Part shown: positions 10,143-19,377 of the stretch, one piece after another
Layout of the letters: every line of letters starts with the position of its first letter
How positions within the stretch are numbered: position 1 is the first letter of the stretch
Source: Escherichia phage vB_EcoM_RZ
Sequence record: MW598459
Direction: 5' to 3' (one strand)
Length of the DNA: 64,000 nt
The notes under the pieces: generated by a model
What the model saw: only the letters and a program-made list of their open reading frames with translations
The model's database searches: none
What the model was told of the DNA's origin: nothing
Made by a program: the position numbers and the translations under genes

Positions 10143-11423
10143 ATGGCTAAAATTAACGAACTCTTAAAAGAGTCGACCACGACCACAAGTTCTTCGATTG
10201 GTCGACCGAATCTAGTAGCTTTAACCAGAGCTACGACTAAACTGATTTACACCGATTTAGTAGCACAACAGCGCACATCCCAGCCACTGGCGGCATTATA
10301 CGGTCTTAAATACCTGACTCAGCAAGATGAATTATCTTTCCAGACTGGTGCAACCTATTCCGGTGCAGTATCAGCAAAAGACCGTGCGACCATTCCGGTT
10401 TTTGTTGCTGGCACAGTTTATGCTAAAGACGATTTGTTCCAGTTTGAAAATGTAGTTTATAAAGCGCTGGTAGCAACTCCATTTGCTGGAGCAACGGGCG
10501 ATGAGTATGACCAGCTTCAAGAAGCGATGGTTAAATTGACCATCCGTATTATGTCCGAAGCTGCAATCACCGAACGTTTTGAAGGACCACAGGAAGTCGA
10601 AATTGCCGAAGCTAAATTTTTGGTTAACAAATGGAATGCTCCGGTTAAATCTCGTAAGCTGAAAAGCACTGTTACAGTGGAACTGGCCCAGGACCTGGAA
10701 GCAAATGGTTTTGACGCTCCAAACTTCCTGGAAGACCTGTTAGCTACCGAAATGGCTGATGAAATTAACAAAGATATCCTGCAATCCCTGGTAACAGTTT
10801 CCAAGCGTTATAAAGTTGCTGGGCTCTGTGATGATGGCCTGATTGACCTGTCTTATACTAACTCTCCGGAAGCTTCACGCAAGTTGTACGAAATCATGTG
10901 TGAGATGGTCTCCCATATTCAGCGGGCAACTTCTTACACCGCAACATACGTTGTTGCTTCTACGCGTGTAGCTGCAGTTTTGGCTGGTTCTGGTTGGTTG
11001 AAGCATCGTCCACAAGATGAGAAATATCTCTCCGATAATGCGTATGGTTTCTTGGATAATGGTCTACCGCTTTATTGCGATACGAACACTCCATTTGATT
11101 ATGTGACTGTTGGTGTTAAAGAAGATTTCGGTGGGAAAGAGATGGTGGGTTCACTGTTTTATGCACCTTATACCGAAGGTCTTGACCTGGAAGACCCTGA
11201 ACATGTTGGTTCGTTCAAAGTTGTCGTTGACCCAGAAAGTTTGCAGCCGTCTATTGCATTAATGGTTCGTTATGCGTTAGCAGCTAACCCTTATACAGTG
11301 ACTGCTGATGATAAACAAGCTCGTATTATTGATGCAACAAATATGGATTTGATGGCAGGACGTTCAGATATGTCTGTACTGCTTGGTGTGAAACTTCCTA
11401 AAGTTCTGACTGAAATAAATTAA
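10143..11423 (+). CDS. 24: Capsid vertex protein gp24
   Basis: 426 aa (T4 gp24 is 427 aa); gp23-like paralogue at the expected position. Confidence 0.93.
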   Translation: MAKINELLKESTTTTSSSIGRPNLVALTRATTKLIYTDLVAQQRTSQPLAALYGLKYLTQQDELSFQTGATYSGAVSAKDRATIPVFVAGTVYAKDDLFQFENVVYKALVATPFAGATGDEYDQLQEAMVKLTIRIMSEAAITERFEGPQEVEIAEAKFLVNKWNAPVKSRKLKSTVTVELAQDLEANGFDAPNFLEDLLATEMADEINKDILQSLVTVSKRYKVAGLCDDGLIDLSYTNSPEASRKLYEIMCEMVSHIQRATSYTATYVVASTRVAAVLAGSGWLKHRPQDEKYLSDNAYGFLDNGLPLYCDTNTPFDYVTVGVKEDFGGKEMVGSLFYAPYTEGLDLEDPEHVGSFKVVVDPESLQPSIALMVRYALAANPYTVTADDKQARIIDATNMDLMAGRSDMSVLLGVKLPKVLTEIN

Positions 11424-11455
11424 AAAGGGACCTTCGGGTCCCTTTATTTTTATTC
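11422..11455. terminator. Bidirectional intrinsic terminator (GGGACC-UUCG-GGUCCC)
   Basis: GC stem with UUCG tetraloop, A-run before and TTTATTTTTATT after; sits between convergent genes 24 and rnlB. Confidence 0.75.
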
Positions 11456-12457
11456 ACTAACTAATGCAATCCAAACATGTCTTAATGTTTCTCTTACATT
11501 TGCGATGAGTTGCTTTTTAACTTCAACAGGATTTTCCGTCAGGGACAATTCAAGACCTTCGCGCCCCGCTTCTTCCAGAATATCTTGGACTGTTAACCCC
11601 ATTACTTTTCCAAAATCCTTCGGTGTTACTTCCCCAATTTTACTGATAACATTGTTGATACGGTTAACAGTCACATAATCAGTGAAATTCCACAGTAAAT
11701 CCATATCATTTTGGCTCAGAACCACTGCAGCCTTAATAGGCTTATCAGACTTTTTCTTTTCACTGAATTTAGAGTTCTTACATTTAATCGCTACACGCTC
11801 GCCGTTAGGTAACCATGCAGGAACATCAGGTTTTAATACAAATCCTTCAGCAGTGAATACTTTACCTTCCACCTTTGCATCAAAATCAGTGGTATTTGCT
11901 GTAGTCAAACCTGCGTTATCCACTGTAAAATTGTAATCAGGGACAACAGAATCCAGGTCATTAGGGAGCTTAATTAATTCTTCAAAACTACCTGTAGCCA
12001 GGCGCGGCGCAACCTTAAACTTATGGATAATACAGAATGCTTCCATCAGGGTGTCAGTCAGGACGGATTCAAAACCATCTTCTTTAGTAACGCGGATATC
12101 AAATACATAAAAATCTTTATCACCGTAATCCACATTCTTCTGGATACCTGCCCCGGCAAACTCACCATAAATCTGGTATGCCTGGTAATTAATATCCTGC
12201 AAAAGTTTCTGCACAGATTTAATAGAATCTGCATAGTTCTTTAATACAATTTCATAACCATAGAAATCTTCTGCAGGCAGGATAGGTCCAGTGCGTTTCG
12301 CACATGTTACATTGTCTTGTTCAATGATTAATGAAAAGTTGGTACCATGAATCTTCTCGCGAGCTACCCATTCACCGCTGGTGAAGCCTTGCAGGCGAAT
12401 CTTTTCAATGAACTTGTTGTTATAGTGATTTTCAAGGCTGTTGTATTTCTTAAACAT
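11450..12457 (-). CDS. rnlB: RNA ligase 2 (RnlB)
   Basis: 335 aa; near-identical to remembered T4 Rnl2 (MFKKY.SLENHYN.KFIEK...[25 protein letters not shown]...); contains the ligase KxHG lysine motif. Confidence 0.92.
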   Translation of the reverse strand: MFKKYNSLENHYNNKFIEKIRLQGFTSGEWVAREKIHGTNFSLIIEQDNVTCAKRTGPILPAEDFYGYEIVLKNYADSIKSVQKLLQDINYQAYQIYGEFAGAGIQKNVDYGDKDFYVFDIRVTKEDGFESVLTDTLMEAFCIIHKFKVAPRLATGSFEELIKLPNDLDSVVPDYNFTVDNAGLTTANTTDFDAKVEGKVFTAEGFVLKPDVPAWLPNGERVAIKCKNSKFSEKKKSDKPIKAAVVLSQNDMDLLWNFTDYVTVNRINNVISKIGEVTPKDFGKVMGLTVQDILEEAGREGLELSLTENPVEVKKQLIANVRETLRHVWIALVSE

Positions 12458-12555
12458 AATCTCTCACTTTTGATGTTATAAATATCATTATAAATTAGAC
12501 CCACTATACTTTCTTTCTCTGAAAGGAATTAATAGTCGCAAAGGGGTCTAGAACC

Positions 12556-12584
12556 ATTATACCACAATTTTATTTGAAGCAAAA
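12556..12584 (-). promoter_or_regulatory. Middle promoter with MotA box (TGCTTCA, 13 nt spacer, TATAAT) upstream of rnlB
   Basis: Minus strand reads ttTGCTTCAaataaaattgtggTATAATgg. Confidence 0.55.
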
Positions 12585-12587
12585 AGG

Positions 12588-12851
12588 TCAGAATTTTACA
12601 TACAGCATTGGCTTGGCTTCTTGCCAATCATAATTCCAGGTAAATGATGTAAATTTTTCTGCTCGCAGAAATTCAGATATCTTTGCGCGGTTTCCTTCTT
12701 CATACTCTTTTTCAGAAACTGCCATATTAACAGCATCTTTGCCATTTTCAGCGGCGGCAATAGCCACTTTGCGGAATATAGCAATAAAGTCATTTGCAAC
12801 TTTATCTTGTGACTCTTTGGCCATTTGACGTAGTTCTTCTGCGAATGTCAT
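12588..12851 (-). CDS. Hypothetical protein (87 aa), T4 24.2/24.3 position
   Basis: ORF in the gap between rnlB and hoc; ATGA-type overlap with the upstream gene. Confidence 0.5.
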   Translation of the reverse strand: MTFAEELRQMAKESQDKVANDFIAIFRKVAIAAAENGKDAVNMAVSEKEYEEGNRAKISEFLRAEKFTSFTWNYDWQEAKPMLYVKF

Positions 12852-13051
12852 TTCTTCACCTTTTTGTTATTCAAACGTTTACGATAAACAATCTTTTCTT
12901 TCGCTTTAAATTTAGCTTTAGCTTGTTCTACATCAACCCAGGCCTTTGCCATCTCTTTAGCAGTCCCGCCTAATACCTTGGCAATTTCAATAAATGTCAT
13001 ACCAGATTCATGCAGAAAATGTACTTTAACCTTATCCATAATGATTCTCAT
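12848..13051 (-). CDS. Hypothetical small protein (67 aa) with a possible helix-turn-helix
   Basis: Segment SGMTFIEIAKVLGGTAKEMAKAW resembles a helix-turn-helix; basic C-terminus. Confidence 0.45.
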   Translation of the reverse strand: MRIIMDKVKVHFLHESGMTFIEIAKVLGGTAKEMAKAWVDVEQAKAKFKAKEKIVYRKRLNNKKVKK

Positions 13052-13140
13052 GTTGAGTTAGTGAAGCTATCTTAACATGGAATTTTTAACTTGTAAACAG
13101 GGTTTTTATGCCAGGCAACGTTTGTACAGTACCATAAAAA

Positions 13141-13166
13141 CAAAGGGACCCGAAGGTCCCTTTTTA
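13141..13166. terminator. Bidirectional intrinsic terminator (GGGACC-CGAA-GGTCCC)
   Basis: GC stem with tetraloop, A-run upstream and T-run downstream, immediately after the hoc stop on the minus strand. Confidence 0.7.
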
Positions 13167-13167
13167 A

Positions 13168-14016
13168 TTAATAAACGTAATCGTATATAATACCAGCTTC
13201 TAAAGCGGTGCGATGAATAATTCGACCATTACGAGATTCTTGTACATCAACCTCTGGATAGTCGGTAATCATTTTTTGAAGGGTATATCGGTGCAAATAA
13301 TACGGGCTATCTGGAGCATCAGTTTTCCAGTCTTGCCCAGCAAGAGTCATTTTCTGAATTTCGTCCATAACCCACCAACCACACCAGATATAAGCTGAAT
13401 TACGAACTGGCAGCGGATGAACGTAAGGTAGTTCGCCCTCTGGTTCAGGAGCTACTTTAGCCGTGACTGTTACATTACCAGTTTTTGTAACGGTTACAGG
13501 GTTATAATCAGTAGCAGATACAACAACAGAAACTTCAATTACCTGGGAACCTTCGGTGCTTGTATCGATTGCTAGAGTATCCGTGGTGTCAACTACAGGA
13601 GAACCGTCTTTCTTCCATGAATAGGCAAAAGTAGCACCAGCAGGCGCGCCAACTACATCTGCTTTAAATGAAGCTAGGGTGTCTTCCGGAACATTAATCG
13701 AAGCTGGAGTTAATGTCACAGAAACACCAGACATTGTTTTATTCTGGATAGTTAAAGTTGTTTCGGCTTCAGCTGTTTCTGGTTCGCCGTCCGCTGGTGT
13801 AGTTGTTGCAACAACTTTAATAGTCTTACTGTCTGCTGGACCAACAGCAACATAATCCATTGCAGCAGTCACAGAAGATTGAGGAACGCCATCAACGGTC
13901 CAGACAAATGATTCGGTACCTTCAGCTGCAGCACCGGAACCGGTCGCAGTGAAATTGGTTGTTGCTCCAATAACGGCCGTAGCCGTCAAAGGAGCAATAG
14001 TTACGGTATAAGCCAT
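13168..14016 (-). CDS. hoc: Hoc outer capsid protein (shorter than T4 Hoc)
   Basis: 282 aa; C-terminal capsid-binding region matches T4 Hoc (YNPVTVTKTGNVTVTAKVAPEPEGELPYVHPLP...SAYIWCGWWVMDEIQKMT...); fewer Ig-like repeats than the 376 aa T4 protein. Confidence 0.85.
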   Translation of the reverse strand: MAYTVTIAPLTATAVIGATTNFTATGSGAAAEGTESFVWTVDGVPQSSVTAAMDYVAVGPADSKTIKVVATTTPADGEPETAEAETTLTIQNKTMSGVSVTLTPASINVPEDTLASFKADVVGAPAGATFAYSWKKDGSPVVDTTDTLAIDTSTEGSQVIEVSVVVSATDYNPVTVTKTGNVTVTAKVAPEPEGELPYVHPLPVRNSAYIWCGWWVMDEIQKMTLAGQDWKTDAPDSPYYLHRYTLQKMITDYPEVDVQESRNGRIIHRTALEAGIIYDYVY

Positions 14017-14025
14017 AATAAACCC

Positions 14026-14691
14026 TTATTTTAAAGTGACAAAAGATGAGTTACGAGTTTCTCGTACTAGAACAGACCCATTACGATTGATGTAATAAAT
14101 CAAACTGAATAGAGTTTGGTGTGCGGTGGGATGTGGGAAAGCAGTTGGACGTTCTTTCCAATCTGGAGTCTCGGCAATCCACTGATAAATCCACCATGGA
14201 ACAGTGCAGAATCCAGGGTTCTTACCAATAAGCATTAAATTCGGGCTAAAGTTTTTTGGCAGAGCAAATACGGGTTTTTCAGATTCGATAACCTTAGCAA
14301 CAGCAGCTTCGAACCTTTCTTCGACAAAAGGAATATCTTCTTCAACCACAACAACTGGTTCTTCGATTTCAACAACTTCAACCTTTGCTTCGGTTGGAGC
14401 ATCAAATAAGAGTTTAGCTTCTTCTTTAGCTGACTCATCGCCATCAAATTTAGCACCTGACAATTCATCATCGGCATCGATAAGGTCAGTGATGCTCAGG
14501 CCTTCATTATCATCAGGCATAGGCATGTCAGCAAATGCTTTAAGTCCTGCTTCCAGGTCAGCCAACATATTATCAAAGGTTTTTGTTTTCTTAACATCAA
14601 CACCAAGTGATGCTGCATATTCGGCTAATTTTTCTTTGGCTTCTTTTTTCTCGAGGACACGAATTTCCTCAATGTAGTTCTTGTCAATCAT
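14026..14691 (-). CDS. inh: Putative Inh (inhibitor of prohead protease)
   Basis: 221 aa acidic protein at the T4 inh position between hoc and uvsW; assignment by synteny and size rather than by motif. Confidence 0.55.
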   Translation of the reverse strand: MIDKNYIEEIRVLEKKEAKEKLAEYAASLGVDVKKTKTFDNMLADLEAGLKAFADMPMPDDNEGLSITDLIDADDELSGAKFDGDESAKEEAKLLFDAPTEAKVEVVEIEEPVVVVEEDIPFVEERFEAAVAKVIESEKPVFALPKNFSPNLMLIGKNPGFCTVPWWIYQWIAETPDWKERPTAFPHPTAHQTLFSLIYYINRNGSVLVRETRNSSFVTLK

Positions 14692-14709
14692 GATGAACCT
14701 CGGTTAGTG

Positions 14710-14717
14710 TATAAATA
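14710..14717 (+). promoter_or_regulatory. T4-type late promoter TATAAATA upstream of uvsW
   Basis: Exact TATAAATA about 30 nt upstream of the uvsW ATG at 14746. Confidence 0.5.
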
Positions 14718-14745
14718 TAGATATATTTATTACCTTGGAATCATC

Positions 14746-16245
14746 ATGGATATTAAAATCAACTTTCTAAATTTTAGTCACGTGCATGTTGAATGTGAAG
14801 ATGGAATCTTCTACGAACTCCGTGATTACTTCAGCTTCGAAGCTGAAAACTATCGCTTCAATCCAAAGTTCAAGCAGGGAGTTTGGGACGGACGAATCCG
14901 CCTCCTGGATTACAACCGTAAATTACCATACGGTTTGGTTAATCAAATTAAAAAGTTCGCTGACCAGTTTGGCTATTCATTCTGGATTGACCCACAAATC
15001 ACCGAGAAAGAAGAAATCTCTCGCGAAGAATTCAACAAATGGGTCGAGTCAAAAGAAATCTATTCAGGCAATACCAAGATAACGCCCCATTGGTATCAAT
15101 CTGACGCCGTATATGATGGTCTGGTCAACAGAAGAAAGATTCTGAACTTACCTACGTCTGCAGGTAAAAGCCTCATCCAGGCGCTTCTGGCGCGATATTA
15201 TCTCGAGAACTATGAAGGCAAGGTGCTTATCCTTGTTCCTACAACTGCGCTTGTTGACCAGATGATTAATGACTTTGTTGATTATCGGCTTTTCCCTCGT
15301 GCAGCTTGTCTGGGTATTCGTTCTGGGACTAAACGCGATTCTGATGCGATGATTTATGTATCGACTTATCAGACGGCTGTAAAACAACCTAAAGAATGGT
15401 TTGAACAGTTTGGCCAGTTTATGAATGACGAATGCCACATGGCTACAGGTAAATCGATTTCGACGGTTATCGAAGGCCTTACGAATTGCATGTTTAAATT
15501 TGGTCTGTCAGGTTCACTCCGTGATGGCAAAGCCAACCTTATGCAATATATGGGTCTGTTTGGTGATATCTTTAAACCAGTATCAACATCTAAATTAATG
15601 GAAGATGGCCAGGTTACTGACCTTAAAATAAATAGTATTTTCCTTCGTTACCCTGATGAATTCACCGTTAAAATGAAAGGTAAAACTTATCAGGATGAAA
15701 TCAAGGTAATTACAAAAGCTACACGCAGAAATAAATGGGTAACAAACCTTGCCCTCAAGCTTTCTAAAAAAGATGAAAACGTCTTTTTGATGTTTAAGAA
15801 TATCGAGCACGGTAAATCGATGTTTGAAATGATTAAGGAAGCTGGTCATGAAAAAGTGTATTATGTTTCTGGGGAAGTCGATACCGAAACTCGTAATGCT
15901 CTGAAGGTCATGGCAGAGAATGGAAAGGGAATTATTGTTGTAGCTTCATATGGTGTATTCTCGACGGGGATTTCCGTTAAAAACCTCCATCATATTATTT
16001 TCGCTCACCCAGTCAAGTCAAAGGTAATTGTACTCCAGACAATTGGTCGTGTGCTTCGAAAACATGAATCCAAATCGACCGCAAACGTGTGGGACATTGT
16101 GGATGATATGGGGGTCAAACCCAAATCAGCAAACGCTAAAAAGAAATATGTTCATATTAACTTTGCGCTTAAACATGCACTAGAACGTATTCAGCGGTAT
16201 GCAGACGAAAAATTCAATTATGTAATTAAACAGGTGGAAATATAA
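14746..16245 (+). CDS. uvsW: UvsW DNA/RNA helicase
   Basis: Translation from the ATG at 14746 (MDIKINFLNFSHVHVECEDG...) matches the T4 UvsW N-terminus; helicase motifs present (LNLPTSAGKS Walker A, DECH box); the GTG at 14707 in the ORF track lies inside the promoter. Confidence 0.92.
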   Translation: MDIKINFLNFSHVHVECEDGIFYELRDYFSFEAENYRFNPKFKQGVWDGRIRLLDYNRKLPYGLVNQIKKFADQFGYSFWIDPQITEKEEISREEFNKWVESKEIYSGNTKITPHWYQSDAVYDGLVNRRKILNLPTSAGKSLIQALLARYYLENYEGKVLILVPTTALVDQMINDFVDYRLFPRAACLGIRSGTKRDSDAMIYVSTYQTAVKQPKEWFEQFGQFMNDECHMATGKSISTVIEGLTNCMFKFGLSGSLRDGKANLMQYMGLFGDIFKPVSTSKLMEDGQVTDLKINSIFLRYPDEFTVKMKGKTYQDEIKVITKATRRNKWVTNLALKLSKKDENVFLMFKNIEHGKSMFEMIKEAGHEKVYYVSGEVDTETRNALKVMAENGKGIIVVASYGVFSTGISVKNLHHIIFAHPVKSKVIVLQTIGRVLRKHESKSTANVWDIVDDMGVKPKSANAKKKYVHINFALKHALERIQRYADEKFNYVIKQVEI

Positions 16246-16472
16246 TGAAATCCTTCGAAGAAATTATGTACGAAGCATCAATTGAAGGCTTTATGGCTAA
16301 GATTGGTTCCTGTCAGACCATGGACGGTCTGAAGGAGTTGGAAGGCTATTATAAGAAACGCAGCAAAGAAGCTGAACTGAAAGATTCCGATGATATCAGT
16401 GTTCGCGATGCTCTTGCCGGTAAACGCGCCGAGCTTGAGGATATGGACGACGAAGAAGACGAAGATTTCTAA
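16245..16472 (+). CDS. uvsW.1: UvsW.1 small acidic protein
   Basis: 75 aa; overlaps the uvsW stop (ATAATG); acidic C-terminus (DMDDEEDEDF); T4 has a 76 aa UvsW.1 here. Confidence 0.75.
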   Translation: MKSFEEIMYEASIEGFMAKIGSCQTMDGLKELEGYYKKRSKEAELKDSDDISVRDALAGKRAELEDMDDEEDEDF

Positions 16473-16529
16473 ATAAAAAGGCCCCAACCAAAAGGAAGGG
16501 GCAAAACCAAAAATGGTTAACAACACTAG

Positions 16530-16697
16530 CTAAATTAAAAGTTGGGTCTCGTTCAGTTGCTCTTCTGTATTTTCCGTAACTGGCAAACTCTGAACATAAT
16601 TATAACAGGCGCCCGGATGCACCGGACCTTGGTCTGTATCCACAACCAATGCAGAATCGATTGGAGTTTTACAGACAACACAAATCTTATCTGACAT
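16530..16697 (-). CDS. Small Cys-containing protein (55 aa), uvsY.-2 position; possible zinc ribbon
   Basis: Below the 60 aa ORF-track cutoff; hand-translated MSDKICVVCKTPIDSALVVDTDQGPVHPGACYNYVQSLPVTENTEEQLNETQLLI; strong GAGGAG ribosome-binding site; CxxC...HxxxC spacing. Confidence 0.55.
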   Translation of the reverse strand: MSDKICVVCKTPIDSALVVDTDQGPVHPGACYNYVQSLPVTENTEEQLNETQLLI

Positions 16698-16725
16698 GAT
16701 TGTCTCCTCAGTTAAACTTACATAT

Positions 16726-16836
16726 CTATTTAGTGCTCTTCATAATAGCAGCACGAGCTTTCATCTCATTAACAATTTCGGTTATTCGGTTTGCAGAGAT
16801 AACCATCTCGTCGAGAATCTTACTAATATTTTTCAT
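16726..16836 (-). CDS. Candidate micro-ORF (36 aa) directly after uvsY.-1
   Basis: Hand-translated MKNISKILDEMVISANRITEIVNEMKARAAIMKSTK; the ATG abuts the upstream stop (TAAATG) with AAGGAA ribosome-binding site 8 nt upstream. Confidence 0.3.
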   Translation of the reverse strand: MKNISKILDEMVISANRITEIVNEMKARAAIMKSTK

Positions 16837-17070
16837 TTAATTTTCCTTAAAGTATCTCATACCGGTATCTATTCCCATATTGTGAGAATAGAACGCATCA
16901 TCGATGTATCCTGCAAATTTACCTTTAACATAGATAACATCTTCACCACAAGGGTGGTCAGCGCAGATACGAATATCTGCACGATTCAATTTCCATTCCT
17001 TCATCATATACTTAATTTCTTCTTCGAACTCTTCGTCTTGGTTAAACGCATCGTCGATAGAATATCGCAT
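16837..17070 (-). CDS. Hypothetical protein (77 aa), uvsY.-1 position
   Basis: ORF directly downstream of uvsY with 1 nt start/stop overlap; Cys/His-containing. Confidence 0.55.
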   Translation of the reverse strand: MRYSIDDAFNQDEEFEEEIKYMMKEWKLNRADIRICADHPCGEDVIYVKGKFAGYIDDAFYSHNMGIDTGMRYFKEN

Positions 17071-17504
17071 TACTTGCCCGCCTCAAATTGTCTTATTTCT
17101 AACATATGTTTAAGTGCGAAACTTCGTGACTTAACACCATCTAATGCAGCGCTACAGAAGTCCTGGAGCAGTGTCCAATACTGAATTGACGTATCAATCT
17201 TCAGTACGCTTGAATCTGCGGCCATGACTGTTTTCAATTCTGACTTCTCGTACACATCCATGCATACTTCTTCCCCTGGGTCACCCCTTCCTGTATAATG
17301 GTCTAGTCGTTTTTTCAGTGCAGTTTTCTTCTGAATCTCAAGACGCATTATTTCTTTCTTGCAGTTGGTATACAATCTCAACCATTTGCTATGCAACAAA
17401 ACGTTGTTTTGTGTTTCATATTGAAGTTGTGTACCATCAATTTTTAAATCTGCATCTAACTCATCCTGAAAGACTTCTAACTTATATTCAATCTCTGTTT
17501 TCAT
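17070..17504 (-). CDS. uvsY: UvsY recombination mediator
   Basis: Translation from the ATG at 17504 matches T4 UvsY (…LQYE..NNV.L.SKWL……RGD…DVYEKSE.KTV..AD..VLK.DTS.QYW..L.DFCS.ALD..KSR.FA.KH…FEAGK); the upstream ATG at 17534 sits inside the promoter -10. Confidence 0.85.
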   Translation of the reverse strand: MKTEIEYKLEVFQDELDADLKIDGTQLQYETQNNVLLHSKWLRLYTNCKKEIMRLEIQKKTALKKRLDHYTGRGDPGEEVCMDVYEKSELKTVMAADSSVLKIDTSIQYWTLLQDFCSAALDGVKSRSFALKHMLEIRQFEAGK

Positions 17505-17532
17505 AATGTATCCAATGTAAGGGTCTAGAACC

Positions 17533-17560
17533 ATTATACAGCCATAAAATTAAAGCATTA
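17533..17560 (-). promoter_or_regulatory. Middle promoter with MotA box (TGCTTTA, 12 nt spacer, TATAAT) upstream of uvsY
   Basis: Minus strand reads aaTGCTTTAattttatggctgTATAATgg; T4 uvsY is likewise transcribed from a middle promoter. Confidence 0.6.
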
Positions 17561-17947
17561 ACCGTTTTGACTTAGCTGAATCCTGATTTGTTCGAGGGTA
17601 TCAGGGTCATCAACAATGCTGAACTGAACTGTTACGATAATGGAGTTATCATCATACATAGGGACAACTGCCACCTGTAGATTGCTTATCCTTGGTTCGA
17701 AGTTCCGCACCGCGGAGACGATGTTGCGTTTAATGGTATCTGTGATTAATGGAGTGATATTCTCGAAAAGCTGATTACTTATATCACATCCAAATTCAGG
17801 CATAAAAGGCCTTGACCCTTTTCTTGTGGTGATTATTCCCAAAAGACTGTTCTTAACAGACCTTGCACCAGTTACTTTAGCAACGTCTTTATCCCAACTT
17901 GTAGATAAGTCGGGAGACACATCGCTATACATTTTGTTTATATTCAT
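17558..17947 (-). CDS. 25: Baseplate wedge protein gp25
   Basis: 129 aa; strong match to T4 gp25 (SLLGIITTRKGSRPF.PEFGCD.S.QLFEN.TPL). Confidence 0.9.
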   Translation of the reverse strand: MNINKMYSDVSPDLSTSWDKDVAKVTGARSVKNSLLGIITTRKGSRPFMPEFGCDISNQLFENITPLITDTIKRNIVSAVRNFEPRISNLQVAVVPMYDDNSIIVTVQFSIVDDPDTLEQIRIQLSQNG

Positions 17948-18604
17948 TTACATAAACTTAAAGAATTCTTTAAGCCCCTTAATTACATGGACAGAATGTG
18001 CTCCGCACTCGCAAGAGATAGGAATAGCCATTTGGACCTGTGGCTTGAGAAGTTCTTCTGTTAGTGCATTTATATCATCGAGGGTAATTGCATTGTACAG
18101 GTCCTCGATTTCAGCTTCATTTAAGTCATCAACAACGATGCGCTCACCGCCTTCCGTGATAATATATTCGATACAACAAGCAATCATTTTTCCTTTATCA
18201 CCATCTTCAAACAGTCCAGGATAACGGAATTTAATTTTAAACGCCCCGAAATCACGAATAACTTCAGACTCATCCACGATGCTTGCGCGACTTATAGTCA
18301 CAGGAATATCTTGTTCCTTTCCGCACTCACATACCCATGTATGCTCGACGTTAACAGCTCCGAGACTATTTGCCCAGAGATTAATAAGAAGCAGCTCGGC
18401 TTCCTGTTTGTTTAACCCTTTAGCATCAGTGCATTTATTAAGCAGTTCAATTATTGCAGGTTCCATACGCTTTTCTAATTTTGCCTGAAGCAAATCTTTG
18501 TATTCGCGCAAGGTAAAAGCCCTACAATTTATAGTTTTATTTTTAATTTGGACAATAAATTCATAAGTCATAATTTGCTCCTTTACTGTATTTATAAATA
18601 TCAA
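17948..18604 (-). CDS. 26: Baseplate hub protein gp26
   Basis: 218 aa ORF immediately upstream of gene 25 on the same strand, divergent from gene 51 as in T4. Confidence 0.8.
   Translation of the reverse strand: MIFINTVKEQIMTYEFIVQIKNKTINCRAFTLREYKDLLQAKLEKRMEPAIIELLNKCTDAKGLNKQEAELLLINLWANSLGAVNVEHTWVCECGKEQDIPVTISRASIVDESEVIRDFGAFKIKFRYPGLFEDGDKGKMIACCIEYIITEGGERIVVDDLNEAEIEDLYNAITLDDINALTEELLKPQVQMAIPISCECGAHSVHVIKGLKEFFKFM
18589..18600. promoter_or_regulatory. Palindromic bidirectional late promoter (TATTTATAAATA) between divergent genes 26 and 51
   Basis: The 12-mer is its own reverse complement and contains TATAAATA on both strands (plus 18593-18600, minus 18589-18596). Confidence 0.55.
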
Positions 18605-18624
18605 TAAAGATAAAAGGGGATTCT

Positions 18625-19377
18625 ATGGCCAATATCGTAAGATGTGAAATGCCAGACGGAGTTCATCGTTTCAAACCGTTTACAGTCGCTGATTACCGTG
18701 ATTTACTGCTTGTGCGAAACGACATGAACAACAAACCCGTCGAAGAACAAAAACAATTATTAGACGAACTGTTGGAAGATTATTTTGGAGAGTATCCAAA
18801 AGCATGGAGGCCTTACATATTTCTGAAGGTATTCACTTCCTCTATCGGTAAGACAAAAGTCCCGGTAGCGTTTGAATGTCAAAAATGTAAAAAGACAAAG
18901 CAGACTTTGTTTAACCTGAATCAGGGTCCATTAGTAAATCCAACGATGGAAACCGCCGGGATAAAAATACAATTTAAGTTCCCTGAAGTGGAATATAAAG
19001 ATAAGTCAGAGCTTGTCTTGAATACCATCCAGACTGTCGAAGACTCGGAACAAAAATACAATTGGGAAGACCTTCCTGAAGAAACAAAGATGCAGGTTAT
19101 CGATGCAATTGATATAGAGAGCCTCGAAGCACTCCTTAAGAAAATGCATTCGGTTTATATTCCATTTACATATGGCTGTTGTGAAAAGCACAAAACCGAA
19201 TACACTGACCTGCTTGACGTCTTTAAGCTTATCCTTAACCCGGATGAAGTCTTTGTATTTTATCAAATTAACCACTTGCTGGTAAAGAATCAATATTCGC
19301 TGGATAGCATCATGCATATGATTCCTATTGAACGAGGTATTGCTTTATCACTAGTTGAGAAGGACTTGAAAAAATGA
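18625..19377 (+). CDS. 51: Baseplate hub assembly catalyst gp51
   Basis: 250 aa (T4 gp51 is 249 aa); Cys-rich; position and orientation match T4. Confidence 0.8.
   Translation: MANIVRCEMPDGVHRFKPFTVADYRDLLLVRNDMNNKPVEEQKQLLDELLEDYFGEYPKAWRPYIFLKVFTSSIGKTKVPVAFECQKCKKTKQTLFNLNQGPLVNPTMETAGIKIQFKFPEVEYKDKSELVLNTIQTVEDSEQKYNWEDLPEETKMQVIDAIDIESLEALLKKMHSVYIPFTYGCCEKHKTEYTDLLDVFKLILNPDEVFVFYQINHLLVKNQYSLDSIMHMIPIERGIALSLVEKDLKK

Noticed and set aside
14204-14677. 157 aa plus-strand ORF antisense to inh
   Set aside because: S-rich low-complexity translation with no start context; the inh frame on the minus strand is preferred.
17505-17534. Longer UvsY start at 17534 (ORF-track start)
   Set aside because: That ATG lies inside the TATAAT -10 of the uvsY middle promoter, so it would not be on the transcript; the ATG at 17504 matches the T4 UvsY N-terminus.
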